From Octopus vulgaris (lineage: Eukaryota): a stretch of DNA of 64,000 nucleotides. Positions 38,098 through 51,630 of this stretch are shown here, piece after piece; within the stretch, counting starts at the first letter, position 1, and every line of letters starts with the position of its first letter. The stretch lies in the NCBI GenBank assembly GCA_951406725.2, contig OX597816.1:28024001-28088000 (forward strand), read 5' to 3'. A program made the position numbers and the translations under genes. The notes under the pieces were generated by a model, which was not told the origin of the DNA, made no database searches, and saw nothing but the letters and a program-made list of their open reading frames with translations.

Positions 38098-38477
38098 GTG
38101 GATGGAAGCACTCCGTCGGTTACGACGACGAGGGTTCCGGTTGATCCGAATCAACGGAACAGCCTGCTCGTGAAATTAACGTGTAAGTGGCTGAGCACTC
38201 CAAAGACACGTGTACCCTTAACGTAGTTCTCGGGGATATTCAGCGTGACACAGAGAGTGACAAGGCCGGCCCTTTGAAATACATGTACAACAAAAACAGG
38301 AAGTAAGAGTGAGAGAAAGTTGTGGTGAAAGAGTACCACCACCCCCTGCCGGAGCCTCGTGGAGCTTTTAGGTGTTTTCGCTCAATAAACACTCACAACG
38401 CCCGGTCTGGGAATCGAAACCCCGATCCTATGACCGCGAGTCCGCTGCCCTAACCACTGGGCCATTGCGCCTCCACT
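38098..38477 (-). mobile_element. SINE group A (X + T1)
   Basis: 12-bp TSD AAATATTTATAT at 38086-38097 and 38478-38489. Confidence 0.92.
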
Positions 38478-39804
38478 AAATATTTATATACACTGATAAA
38501 TAACGAAAGCAAAGATGCTGTAAACATGATTTGGATTCATGAAGAAATAGAATGCGATAAAATCTTTATTCAAACTTTCTGTATATTTCGCAAAACATCC
38601 TCCTTGTTAATGTTTAACAAAGCTCATTACAGAATCTTTTTCTAGTCTGGTAATTTCGTAGTTGTGTAACACGGAAATTCTGCAAGCCGAAACACCCAAT
38701 TAAATGATCTATACTATCAATGACATTTTAATTAATTGTATGTTAAGCTACCTCCATTAAAAAACAAAAAAAAAAACACACTCACAGAAGCGAAAAACGA
38801 GAATTAGAAGACTGAAACTATAAATCATCATTAACAAAACAAGCAAATATGAAATAAAGAAATAAGATAACATTTAAATTAGCAATACAATTGGGAAGCT
38901 GGGAAATGGGCGAGAGAATGAAGTTTAAAATGTAGACGTAAACTAAAGCAATTTATATTAGATTCTTCACGGTCAGTTGACAAAAGATATTTAAACAGAA
39001 TTTGGTTTCTTTGATAAAGATTGATTAATTGTATTTATCAAGTCTGTAATAATTTGTCTTTTTCCTCTTTGCCATCGACCAAGCAAACATCTTAAGATCT
39101 TTGTTCTCATTCTACTCCAATAAAGTAAATATACACATAATAACGAAGGTAATTACCATATAACTATGACTGTGTATGTTTCTTAGTACTTCCAGAATGG
39201 CATTGCTACCATTTTGTTCGATATCCTTTTGATAGTTCAGTTTTCGTTTTTAGAGAAAAAATAATAAAAGAAAAAAGTAAATAAAATATCTCTAATTTGA
39301 ACACAAATTAGTTCAGTTGTCAATTATAAAGCGGGGTCGCAAATACTACGTATACTGTAACAGATAATTCAGAAAAGTGAAGCTACGTCTATGAGACTTC
39401 GATTTAATGGGCGTTGCATCGCACTCTCGTTTGCAACCTGTTTCCGATGAATTCGCTCAGTGATTTGTGTAGGAAATATTTTTAATTGGCAGAAAGCACA
39501 AGTCAGAAAAAAAGCCGAACCTTAGTTCAATATTAAAAGATCATATAATAGTATAGTGTCATGTCTGCTGCCGAAATTTCCATATGTTGTGGTTAGATAT
39601 GAAAAACTTAGTGTGGTTGATTAATCAACAGTCTGACAGTTACAGCGCAAAGACTTAACATGTTGATTGTAAATGTTTGACAGCTGAAAATAACTTCGTA
39701 AATAAATTATATTTCTGTAGATATGATAAATTTCTGTAGAGGTAACAGCATAATCCACTCCCCTCTTTATTTTAAATTCAATTTGAGAATATAGAATTCT
39801 GAAA

Positions 39805-39925
39805 TATTGATTTCAAATTTTGTCAGAAGGCCAGCAATTTCGGAGAAGGGGTAAGTCGATTACGTCGACTCCAATGCTCAACTAGACCTTATTTTATCGA
39901 ACTCTAAAGAATGAAAGGCAAAGTC
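39805..39925 (-). mobile_element. SINE group C fragment
   Basis: GTCGATTACGTCGAC...TATTTTATCGA...ATGAAAGGCAAAGTC. Confidence 0.6.
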
Positions 39926-40403
39926 ATGTTAGTGTGTGAATTCCAAGGAACGAGAATAACCGTGTGGCTTAGATGCTTATGATTCAGAATCAACGTTATG
40001 ATTCAGACATCGATCCCAGAACGCGAAACTTTGTGTGAAACAATTTTCTACCTTTTCGTCGGACTAATCTGTGTTCTGCAATATTTAATGGTAGACTATA
40101 ACTGCACAGATGCACGTTAATATACATGTCCACAAGCATGCATGTATACATTTATGCATGTATGTATGTATGCATGTATGTATGTGGGTGTATTAAATTG
40201 GTAACTTTTCTTTGGACATAAATCGAAAATAAAATAAATAGAACGTAATAATTCATTCTCGCGACGTAAAAATGACAGGATATATTTAGTATCCTTTGTT
40301 TACACCCCTTGTTTACATTGCACCGCTAGCTATCCTATTTCACCCTGGTGTGTACGATAAGTGCGAATAGGATAGTAGAATAACTGTAATCCGGTGGACC
40401 CTT

Positions 40404-40806
40404 CTTATTTCTTTACTACCCACAAGGGGCTAAACACAGAGACGACAAACAAGGACAGACAAACGGATTAAGTCGATTATATCGACTTCAGTGCGTAACT
40501 GGTACTTATTTAATCGACGCCGAAAGGATGAAAGGCAAAGTCGACCTCGGCGGAATTTGAACTCAGAACGTAAAGACAGACGAAATACCTATTTCTTTAC
40601 TACCCACAAGGGGCTAAACACAGAAGGGACAAACAAGGACAGACAAACGGATTAAGTCGATTATATCGACTTTAGTGCGTAACTGGTATTTATTTAATCG
40701 ACGCTGAAAGAATGAAAGGCAAAGTCGAACTCGGTGGAATTTGAACTCAGAACGTAGCGGCAGACGAAATATCGCTAAACATTTCGCGTTTCTGCCAGGT
40801 CGCCGT
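40404..40806 (-). mobile_element. SINE group C dimer
   Basis: Two units joined at GAAATACC|TATTTC (plus-strand view); head GGCGACCTGGCAGAAACG. Confidence 0.9.
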
Positions 40807-41559
40807 TTTTGCCTGCTTGCCGGTGGGCTCTTCTTATGACATGTACTGACATGTGTAACTATGTAAAAATTTATATTAAGGTTGTGCATAGGACAATGCT
40901 GACGCATATCTTAGGGGAACGAATAGTCGAATCGCTATCAAACCACATCCAACGCTTTGTAAAAGAAGGAGGCATTGATTATTTAGTCCTATCTCCACAA
41001 TGCCTGATACCATGTGGAATACACGAGGTACCTTCGATCATATGTGTGGTAGAGTGGAAACGACCCTTAGAAAGGAGCAAGCAGACAGCAACGAAGACAA
41101 TGATGACAACAAAACTATGTGCGATCTATTATATTCAGATCGGGTTCAAATTCTTCGAAAGCGCGAAAATTCGTATTTTGTCTCTCTTGGGTCGGTGAAC
41201 TAACAATGTGCTTGCATTACACGTTGCTCCCTAATTCACATACCACCTATACCAATAGCGCAAACTCTCATTCTGCTCCCCAAAATTATAATCGTTGTTA
41301 ATCAGGGCACACTAACATTCTCAGGGAATATGTTTTATTGGACCGTTTTCATAATATGACTGATACTTATTTTATTGGACGCAGATGAGTGAAATACGGA
41401 GTCGCTCACGGTGAGATTTGAAACCAGAATGTAAAGAAACACATCTAAACCGATATTCTGTTAAGTTCCCTGAAAGAGTCATAAGAATTTTCTGTCTATA
41501 CAAAGAGAAACCAATAATGTTGTTATTGTCAACAGTGCTATTACTGCTAAAATTAATTT

Positions 41560-41561
<2 letters not shown>

Positions 41562-41648
<87 letters not shown>
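41562..41648. repeat. (GA)n microsatellite
   Basis: Direct repeat. Confidence 0.97.
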
Positions 41649-41651
<3 letters not shown>

Positions 41652-43028
41652 TGATCGGGTAATTTATCTTCCAAATCTCATTAAACTAACTCTAGATATA
41701 AATAACAATAGTAATTAACAACTAATTAAGACTACTTATTATGAACGATAACTTCTATAGCGATTTGGTGTGTAGACAAATTCATCAAAATAGGAAGAGA
41801 TAAGTAAAAGTAGAAAGCGAAGTTCCATCTAAATAAGTTAATATGTTCCTGATTTATATAACAGAAGAAAGCAATTAAATGGAAGATGATTTGAAGCCAA
41901 ATATTGAGCGAGATTCAATAAGTTACGATATGGATAACCTGAAAATAATTCATCGATGTTATGACCATATTTAACTTGAATGGATTGGAACATTTAAATT
42001 ATTGCAAGCGTGTCTAGTGTAATAATGATGTATGGCATCAAAGCAACATCACGCGTTAAAGGTAGTGATGTTAGTGTGATGTTGAGTTATAAAACACAAG
42101 TACAAACAGAAAGATATTGTCTGTTGAACTGACACACTAGATGAACTGCTAGTAATTACGTTAATATTGCGGAAAATATAGATTAGATATTCAATTCCAA
42201 AGAAGGCGTTGAGTCCATAAAGTAAGAGACACAGCTGAATTGAACACATTTGGTTAGACAGCAACTTATGTTATTACAAGTCTCGTGATATTATTAGAAC
42301 TCTCACTGTAAATCTCTCAGGGTAGAGCCTCATCTCTCGTGGTACTGCTTTACGTCTCATGGCACCACAGCAAATTTACTGCCATGCCATGAAACCTGTC
42401 ACCACATCAAATCTCGTGTCACCAACCCAAATCTTGTCACAGCGTATCGAAAGTCATGCAACTACTCCAAGTCAGTAGTGACAAGGCAATAGTGTTTATA
42501 TGTACAATCTAGAGAATGCCCCACTCGAATAGGACCGTTACATAATTGTTTCTTGAATTGACTCATCAGCTGTTTCATAGAACATATTATGAGATATTAA
42601 TCTTAACTGATACCTCTGTAGGTGTTGTTGATGAATATTTCCGTTTGTACATGAAGCTGAACTACCTATTTCAGTGAAATAGATAATTGAACATTTAACA
42701 TGATGATCAGGAAGAATCAGCACGAAATAATATATGGTATGACTGCATCTTTGAATTGCAGGTTCAGTCATTCTGATCGTACCCCACATAGTTTTCATCT
42801 GCAAAACCTCATTCAGAAGGCTTTGGTCGAAACGAAAGTATTGTAAAAAAAAAATACTTGTTTAAAGTACCGCGAATTATGACCTAAGGGGATTTCACGA
42901 TCGTGGGGAAGCCTTCTCAACTATTAGACTAATATCATCTATATAAAGAATACCAGTGTCAATCATAAAACATACTATGACATAGTATATGTTATGATTT
43001 ACATTAACATTCCTTATAGTAACTATGT

Positions 43029-43411
43029 GGAGGCGCAATGGCCCAGTGGTTAGGGCAGCGGACTCGGGGTCGTAGGATCGCGGTTTCGATTCCCAGACCA
43101 GGCATTGTGAATGTTTATTGAGCAAAAACACCTAAAGCTTCACGAGGCTCCTGCAGGGGGGGGGGGTGAACCCTGCTGTACTCTTTCACCACAACTTTCT
43201 CTCACTCTTTCTCCTTGTTTCTGTTGTACCTGTATTTCAAAGGGCCAGCCTTGTCACACTCTGTGTCACGCTGAATCTCCTCGAGAACTACGTTAAGGGT
43301 ACACGTGTCTGTGGAGTGCTCAGCCACTTGCACGTTAATTCCACGAGCAAGCTGTTCCGTTGATCGTATAAGCTGGGACCCTCATCGTCGTAACCGACGG
43401 AGTGCTCCTAA
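43029..43411 (+). mobile_element. SINE group A (X + T1)
   Basis: 11-bp TSD AGTAACTATGT at 43018-43028 and 43412-43422. Confidence 0.92.
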
Positions 43412-44079
43412 AGTAACTATGTCCTTGATATTAAAGTGAAGTTGACAATATTAAGAATGAACATATCACGATGTACTCTAATTGATATAAGCCATCTGCC
43501 TGTTCTTAGGTATCACGTAACGGCATATATCCACACATTGAGAAACAGTTGACAAATTCTCCACCATTTCTCAAACAAGTGTATCTTATTTTCGACATAC
43601 ATTTCTATTAAGTCTTATTGTACCAGATAAATTTCACTGGATTTGGAACTACCTTATAGGCAACAGTCAATTTTCCAGAACCCTCCAACGTGATATTTAC
43701 TGTACATAGGACGCTTCTTTGTAAAATAATACTAGCATTTGTGTATGAAAAATACTGTCAATTAGTTGTTAGTATCTAGAATTTAACAATATTACCTTCT
43801 GCAATCTTTTCATTTAATTTCATACATTTCTTATTATTCAGAAATTTTAAATTCAATAATTTTCCCCTTCCCCTTCACCAAAGGAATATGATTTACACTA
43901 AACAAGTGTTACAATTTCAATAACTAACTTTAAAAAAAAGAAAAAAAAGAAAAGAAAAAATAACTCTATTTCTCTGCGACACACCATTTTACCAAATTTC
44001 ATAGAGGGTGGTCTTTAGGTATAAGACATACATGCATATGTGTGTATCTATATATGTAACAACATGCGAATCGTTGGCT

Positions 44080-44267
44080 ATTTTCTTCCCCCGTCTTCCT
44101 TTTCTATTGAACTTTCTTCTATTTCTGAAGAAGAGCTCTGCTCGAAACATTAAACCATCTTTCTTTCCTTCCCTGAGCGTCTGCTAATACTTTACATGTA
44201 CCACGTCCTCGTGTGGTTGTTTTTCTTGTGTTTGTTCTTCGTTTATTGGGGGGATTTACCATTTATT

Positions 44268-44270
<3 letters not shown>
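44080..44270 (+). mobile_element. Penelope-type short repeat with hammerhead motif (44122-44154)
   Basis: TTT-CTGAAGA-A-GAGC-TCT-GCTC-GAAA-CA-TT-AAA; similar to 24770-24960. Confidence 0.62.
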
Positions 44271-44324
<54 letters not shown>

Positions 44325-44354
44325 ACATACACACACACACACAAATACACATAC

Positions 44355-44532
44355 CGGAGTAAGCACATAAATGTGACACAAGGTAGGAAAAAGTGTACTC
44401 AATACCAGAGGTAGAGTAATATGCTTTATTTAAAAGCAGCAGAAATATAACAAAAGCTGTTACTCAGAGTTTCACATACCCGTGAAACTATAAGTAACAG
44501 CTTTTGTTATATTTCTGCTGCTTTTAAATAAA
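44355..44532. mobile_element. palindromic Penelope-type repeat, same family as 4631-4900, centre deleted
   Basis: TTTATTTAAAAGCAGCAGAAATATAACAAAAGCTGTTACT is inverted as AGTAACAGCTTTTGTTATATTTCTGCTGCTTTTAAATAAA. Confidence 0.7.
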
Positions 44533-45836
44533 ATGTATATATATATATATATATACACATATGAGTGTGTGAATGTGGGTGTGCAACAGAAATGTGATGG
44601 TGGTGGTGGTGGTGGTGATGGCAGTGGTGGTGGATGGCGGTGTGGTGGTGATGACGATGGTGTTTATTTTAAGTCTTCTCCCTATGTAACAATTACTTGT
44701 TTCTGTGTATCCAAATTTAACTTTCATGATTCAGATAATAGAATGTAATTTCAAAGATGCTTTGTTATTTATTGAATGCTGTGTGACTTTGCAGAGTTTC
44801 CTTTAATGGCTCACATTAGAATATGTTATATCATGAACGGAAAGCAAAACTGTGTTTCCGCTGTGTGATTTAACGGGGGAGACAAAATTGAAGCATTCTC
44901 AGATATAATTATAATAATTATAATTGGTTTTCTTTTGTAGGTGTCTGGCAGTGTGTATTAGTAAGCAAATAGTAGTGAGCAGCGTTCATTAAGTGGCATG
45001 ATCTAGATAGAATGCTTGGGGAACATAGCGTAAAAGGTTTGAACTAGTTATACTTAGTAAGTAATGCGAAGTAACTTATGTGAAATAGTTGACCAATTTT
45101 GACAATATATCCATTATGGGCCTTACGGTCATCTGTATCACTTTAGACACTCACATCGAATGTAAACATGTCGAAGCCACCACTCCTCAAATAAAGAGAC
45201 GTTCAGTGTGTAATTAGACTGAAGGCCAAAAGAGAAAAGTGTAGTATTACTAATATAACGGTGAAGTAAACGCAATGAAATCTCCCGATAGGCATTTCAT
45301 GAACATCTGCCAAATATATTCGATTTGTTTACAGCGAAAACCGAAGGTTACGTACGTAAAAGTTTCACTCTTACGGTAGACAGTAGACTGAAGTCAATAT
45401 TTGATTATGCGGCGTAGATTCAGAAAAAGACGTTAATGTGAACAATTATTGACTAGCTGCAAAAACAGATGTCTCATTCAATTCTATGTTTATTGTATTA
45501 TATGTAAACTGATGCACACAAAGTTTGGTGTATTTGGTTGTATGTTTACCCACTAACCAAGATACTAGCGTTCAATTCCCGTAGGTCAAACTTTCAGTTA
45601 TTCTCTTCTCGGCTGTGATGTCGCGAAATTATTGCATATTTATAACGTATATTTTAGGTTTTGGTAATATATAATAGGAAATGCACCCATTACGTAAAAC
45701 TTCCTCAGTGAAAGCATTTAAAAAATATAAAGAAATTGAAAGGAAAATTTCAATATAAATGCGGTTAGGGTAGTAATTCGAATGTTTAGTTTGCAGGATA
45801 GATATGCTTACAGAGGAGACAGAGAGGATGACAAAA

Positions 45837-46107
45837 CGGAATTTGAACTCAGAACGTAAAGACAGACGAAATAGATATTTCTTTCCTACCCACAAGGGCC
45901 TACACACAGAGAGGACAAACAAGGACAGAGAAACGGATTAAGTCGATTATATCGACTTCAGTGCGTAACTGGTACTTATTTAATCGTCTCCGAAAGGATG
46001 AAAGGCAAAGTCGACCTCGGCGGAATTTGAACTCAGACCGTAGCGGCAGACGAAATACCGCTAAGCATTTCACCCGGCATGCTAACGTTTCTGCCAGCTC
46101 ACCGCCT
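45837..46107 (-). mobile_element. SINE group C, one unit plus start of a second
   Basis: Full head GGCGGTGAGCTGGCAGAAACGTTAGC; restart at GAAATA.. TATTTCGTCTG. Confidence 0.88.
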
Positions 46108-46805
46108 TGCATTTCTGCCATACGCTGATGCCTGTGCACAGAAATGTATAGTTCCACGGGGATGAAATTCTGGAAAGGATGGCTCAGTTAAAGTGGTTAA
46201 TGTAGGGACAGATTCATAGGCGGCAAAAAAAAAAAAAAGAAAGTGGCAATGAAACAATGAAATAAGGATGTAAGATTAGAACAGTAAAACACGTTTACTG
46301 TTTTTTTTTTTTGCTGGAGAGATGAAAATATTTTAGCTATGAGAAAAACTGAAATTTCTATACTATAAAATATATTTGGAGATACTTCGTATAGAAATTA
46401 TTTAAACTATATGTCGTAAAACTATACCTGTTCATTCTAAGCCTGTGAAACATTAATTTAATAAAATGTTCACTGAGGTAAACGTGCCACAGAAACACAA
46501 AATCCTTTCTCTTATTTCAGCTTCATCTTGTGAATGCACATTTGTTCATATAAAGCAAAACTTAAAATGTTTTATTGGTATTTTGTGTTTACGTTGTTGG
46601 CATTGGCCGTTTTCTACTTCACATATTTCGAATTACATGACCTATCTTATAACGCATGCGCATGAATATACAGCAATACTGACATTTACACAAGAACATA
46701 TGCACGAACATGTATACGTACGCATGCATATGAGTGTGAGTGCATATATACACACACAGACATATATATAAATATATAAAACACACATATGTATACATAA
46801 ATATA

Positions 46806-46870
<65 letters not shown>

Positions 46871-47018
46871 TGGTATAATATTTGTGTATGTGTGTTCACT
46901 ACATCAGTAGAATGTACGGATTGTACGGAACAGAAACAAGATGACAAATGAACAACACAAAATAGGAGGAGAAAATAATACAACATGCGATTAAGCAAGT
47001 AAAATAAAATCCCATTAC

Positions 47019-47054
47019 CTTTTCACACGTATTTTTTACATTTCTTGTATTCAC
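47019..47054 (-). other. candidate 36-nt microexon
   Basis: TTTTGCATTTCTGATTTTTCAG|GTGAATACAAGAAATGTAAAAAATACGTGTGAAAAG|GTAATG; open in phase 0 (VNTRNVKNTCEK). Confidence 0.4.
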
Positions 47055-47197
47055 CTGAAAAATCAGAAATGCAAAATATTAATATTTTTTTCTTTTATTG
47101 CAGACAAATATAGCTATACATACATAATACATACATACATACATGTGTGTGTGGACATATATACATATATGTATATCTACATTAAATATATGTTGTA

Positions 47198-47237
<40 letters not shown>

Positions 47238-47619
47238 GTATATATGTATGTATACACACATACACACTTACTCACAAACACACACACACACATCTGTGGA
47301 AAGTTCTTGACATTTTTATTTAAAAGTTCTGGATGCTCTCCTGTAATGGAATCGACAAAGTTTATAAAAAGAAATGTGAGCTGAAATGCAATTGTTTGAC
47401 ACTTCGTAGTTTTTTCTCATCTATGAAATACATTAATAAATATAGAGGTTTCATTTGGGATTTTACATTTTTTCTATCCATTTATTCAACATGATATTGG
47501 TTATATTCACACCTACACATGTTATGTGATGAATATATACTTCTCAAAATATCCATCCGTGTTACCTCAGTTCTTGTATAAAGTTTTAAAAGTGTTTATC
47601 TGATTTCATTTAACTACTT

Positions 47620-48060
47620 CAGTTAACCACAAGGCCCAAACTAGGCCTGCAATGGAATACTCCTCCTAAATAACTGGTATTAATGCTGCTGCGTACAGAG
47701 ACATTCTAGACCACATCCAGAATAAATGAGATGGAAGCCCTATTGGGCACATTGAAGTCTCTTGCCCATGGACATGCTGTCTCTTGTCTCCTTTCACAAT
47801 CTTCTCTTTCGTCACTATAACGGAGTCTGATCTTCAGAGCTTGCTAGTATCGTGCCTCCTTCACTTTAGGGGACATCCGCCTCTACACCTCTTAAAATTG
47901 TCGCTTCGAATACCCAACCCCAACCTGTCCCTGACCACTTTCCTCAGTCTTTCGTCCCAAGAATATCTGATCAGGGGAATGTTCTTATTGCTTATGTTTT
48001 TCCTGCATGTACTAAGCTCCATCATTTTACAAGGGCCATGGGTCTTGCCCCATCTCCCAG
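47620..48060 (+). pseudogene. APE-type LINE RT C-terminal remnant, highly decayed
   Basis: KAQTRPAMEYSS (YK..RP.MEY), LDHIQ, LAH..AVSCL..F.RHYNG..SSELASIVPP motifs. Confidence 0.65.
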
Positions 48061-48362
48061 ACTCATCAAATAAGTAATATATGCCTTTTGTGAGTCACGG
48101 TGGCAGGTTCACCACACCACTCTCACGATATAGCAGCTAAATTCTCTTAAGACCTTATCTACAGTCGACGATGATGGCGGTGATGCTGTTGATGATGATG
48201 ATCCATTGATCATGATACTTTTGTCAATACCCTTACGTTAAGTCCGGATCAAAATTCACAATCCTCAGCATCTGATGAGTGTGCAGCATTATTTACGAAA
48301 TATTTCATGTATTTCTAGAAAACCAGTGAGAAATTGTGTACATAATCTATTCCACTACACTA

Positions 48363-48823
48363 TGAGAGAGAGAGGAGAGAGGGAGAAAGAAGGGGCAGAG
48401 AGAGAGAGAGAGGAGAGAGGGAGAAAGAAGGGGCAGAGAGAGAGAGAGAGAGAGGAGAGAGGGAGAAAGAAGGGGCAGAGAGAGAGAGAGAGGAGAGAGG
48501 GACAAAGAAGGGGCAGAGAGAGAGAGAGAGGAGAGAGGGACAAAGAAGGGGCAGAGAGAGAGAGAGAAGAGAGGGACAAAGAAGGGGCAGAGAGAGAGAG
48601 AGAGAGGAGAGAGGGAGAAAGAAGGGTCAGAGACAGAGAGAGAGGAGAGAGGGACAAAGAAGGGGCAGAGAGAGAGTGAGAGGAGAGAGGGAGAAAGAAG
48701 GGACAGAGACAGAGAGAGAGGAGAGAGGGACAAAGAAGGGGCAGAGAGAGAGAAAGAGAGGAGAGAGGGAGAAAGAAGGGGCAGAGAGAGAGAGAGAGAG
48801 AGAGGAGAGAGGGAGAAAGAAGG

Positions 48824-48864
<41 letters not shown>
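48363..48864. repeat. purine-rich minisatellite, ~33-37-bp unit, about 14 copies
   Basis: (GA)n-GGAGAGAGGGA(G/C)AAAGAAGGG(G/T/A)CA repeated. Confidence 0.92.
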
Positions 48865-48867
<3 letters not shown>

Positions 48868-49056
48868 AAAGCAGAAGGGGGAATTAATGAGATTTAGCAA
48901 AAAGTTCATGAAAAGCAATAATTATATATGTATATACATATACCTATGTGTGTTTATGTATTTGCATGTAGATAAATAAATACATAGGCAAATAGAGGAT
49001 AAAATGAATATATATATAGATACACAGAGGGAAAGATAGATACACAGACAAACCGG

Positions 49057-49176
<120 letters not shown>

Positions 49177-49560
49177 AAATCGTTAGATAGGTTCATGCAT
49201 GCTCGGTGGACTATGCCATCATATCTGTACATTGATATATACATTAGAATATATATATATAGTTGCTGTATTGAATAGTGGAATTTCCTAGAAATAATCT
49301 AATCGATTGCCACTTCAGGGAAGTTATTAAAAGCACTTACTTTTCTTCTATTCACTGACACCTTTCAAACCTTTCAAACCTATTTGCAACATCGCCTCCC
49401 TTATCCTTTAGATGTGACAATAGCAATTATTTTCTCAACAGCATTGTTATAGTCTCATGTTTTCTTTACTGGCTGTAACTGTTGTTTCTTAGTCATAGTT
49501 CACCAGAGAATTATCTTATAGTTGTCATACGCCACGCAAATACGATGTCTTTGGTTTCTA

Positions 49561-50293
49561 GGCGGCGAGCTGGCAGAAACGTTAGCAAGCCGGGTGAAAT
49601 GCTGAGCAGTATTTCGTCTGCCGTTACGTTCTGAGTTCAAATTCTGCCGAGGTCGACTTTGCCTTTCATCTTTTCAGGGTCGATAAATTAAGTACCAGTT
49701 ACGCACTGGAGTCGATGTAATCGACTTAATCCGTTTTGTGTGTCCTCTCTGTGTTTAACCCCTTGTGGATAGTAAAGAAATAGGTATTTCGTCTGCCGTT
49801 ACGTTCTGAGTTCAAATTCCGCCGAGGTCGACTTTACCATTCATCTTTTCGGGGTCGATAAATTAAGTACTAGTTACGCACTGGGTCGATGTAATCGACT
49901 TAATCCGTTTGTCTGTCCTTGTGTGTCCTCTCTGTGTTTAGCCTCTTGTGGGTAGTAAAGAAATAGGTATTTCGTCCGCCGCTACGTTCTGAGTTCAAAT
50001 TCCGCCGAGGTCGACTTTACCTTTCATCTTTTCGGGGTCGATTAATTAATTATAACGGAGTCTGAACTTCAGAGCTTGCTAGTATCGTGTCTCCTTCACT
50101 TTAGGGGACATCCGCCTCTACACCTCTTATAATTGTCGCTTCAAATACCCAACCCCCAACCTGTCACTGACCACTTTCCTCAGTCTTTCCTCTCAAGAAT
50201 ATCTGATCTGGGGTCGTTATAATCGACTTAATCCATTTATCTCTTCTTGTGTGTCCCCTCTGTGTTTAGCCCCTTGTGGGTAGTAAAGAAATA
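49561..50293 (+). mobile_element. SINE group C trimer with a foreign insertion in unit 3
   Basis: Units restart at 49783 and 49966; whole array flanked by GGTTTCTA(G) TSD (49553 and 50294). Confidence 0.9.
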
Positions 50294-50581
50294 GGTTTCT
50301 AGAACAATGTATCTTAAACTATAATATTCAAAGTGTATATCCCTTTCTAAAGGGTGATTTGGCCAACACACAACTGTTATAACTTCTAGGTCAAGTGGTC
50401 CGGTAGACCCTTTGTTGGTATTATGGTAATTGTTGAAATGTGCAGACTTGAAGCGTATATCTTAACAGAAAAGGTAAAAAAACAAATAAGTAATTATTAA
50501 TCCGTCTTATTTTAGCGGTCTCATTTGCCGAACTGCTACCTTACGGGAACGTAACAAACCAACACTGGTCATATTCAGTTT

Positions 50582-51073
50582 ATAAAGAACATTTTTTCTA
50601 ACCTTGATCCAAGGCTCCTTCATTGGAATTTCAACATGAACAACAGGGTAATTTTGTTTGTACTTATGAATGTATGTGCAGATTTATATGTTTTATGTAT
50701 GCATTCTTATACTTAGAATTGCATATCTAGACATGTCCATATTTATTTAAATGATAAACATGGTTATTACAGATTTTTACAGTTCCAGTGATAGATTGGA
50801 TCTGTAGTCTTCGAATTAGCTTTCTAATTTCTGGATTGAGAAGCCTGCTTTCTCATATTGGTATTTACGTATTTACATATCCCAGGCCGATAATTACAGG
50901 TATAAAACTGAACTTGTAATCTGGATAAAGTAACTTCACATTTCTCAATGGTTCAGCAGAGATATTCCATTTTTCATTGATCTTCCGCTTAATGACAACA
51001 TCCCGCTAATTTCCACAACTCAGGACAGTTTCGCATATCTATCCCAAATCATTATATCAGATCTCTTGTGCTT
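50582..51073 (-). mobile_element. RLE non-LTR retrotransposon 3' fragment, second family
   Basis: KHKRSDIMIWDR..VVEIS and LLYPDYKFSFIPVIIG; 3' UTR matches 12300-12380. Confidence 0.8.
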
Positions 51074-51074
51074 C

Positions 51075-51107
<33 letters not shown>

Positions 51108-51303
51108 TGTATGTATGTATGTATGTATGTATGTATGTATGTATGTATGTATGTATTCATGTATGTATGTTTGTATTTATGTATTCATGTATGTATGTAT
51201 GTATGTATGTATGTATGTATGTATGCGTGTGTGTATGTATGTATGTATGTATGTATCCATCTAATCAAAGTATACATACACATCTATGTATCTATCTATC
51301 TGT

Positions 51304-51351
<48 letters not shown>

Positions 51352-51497
51352 AATCAATATCAGGGTAGCAAAAAATTCAATAAAATTTTTTTCGGCACCA
51401 GCGGTCTAGTGATAAAGAAAAAATAGTCAACAGACTATATAACGTACATTCAACAATATTATATATGTATATGTATATATATGTATATGTATATGTT

Positions 51498-51581
<84 letters not shown>

Positions 51582-51630
51582 TGCATATACATATACCTAC
51601 ACATGTATATATACACGTATATTTATACAT
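51074..51630. repeat. (TATG)n and (TA)n microsatellites
   Basis: Direct repeats. Confidence 0.93.

Noticed and set aside
40809-41198. 129-aa non-repetitive ORF
   Set aside because: Non-ATG start, no recognisable domain and no supporting splice signals.
44941-45000. TGGCAGTGTG resembling the miR-34 5' end; also a plus-strand AG..20 nt..GTAAGC mini-exon
   Set aside because: No complementary star arm for a hairpin; the 20-nt exon is unsupported and on the opposite strand to the other splice candidates.
46428-46442. 15-nt minus-strand microexon (TTTCACAG|...CAG|GTATAG)
   Set aside because: Weak donor and short pyrimidine tract; expected by chance in AT-rich DNA.
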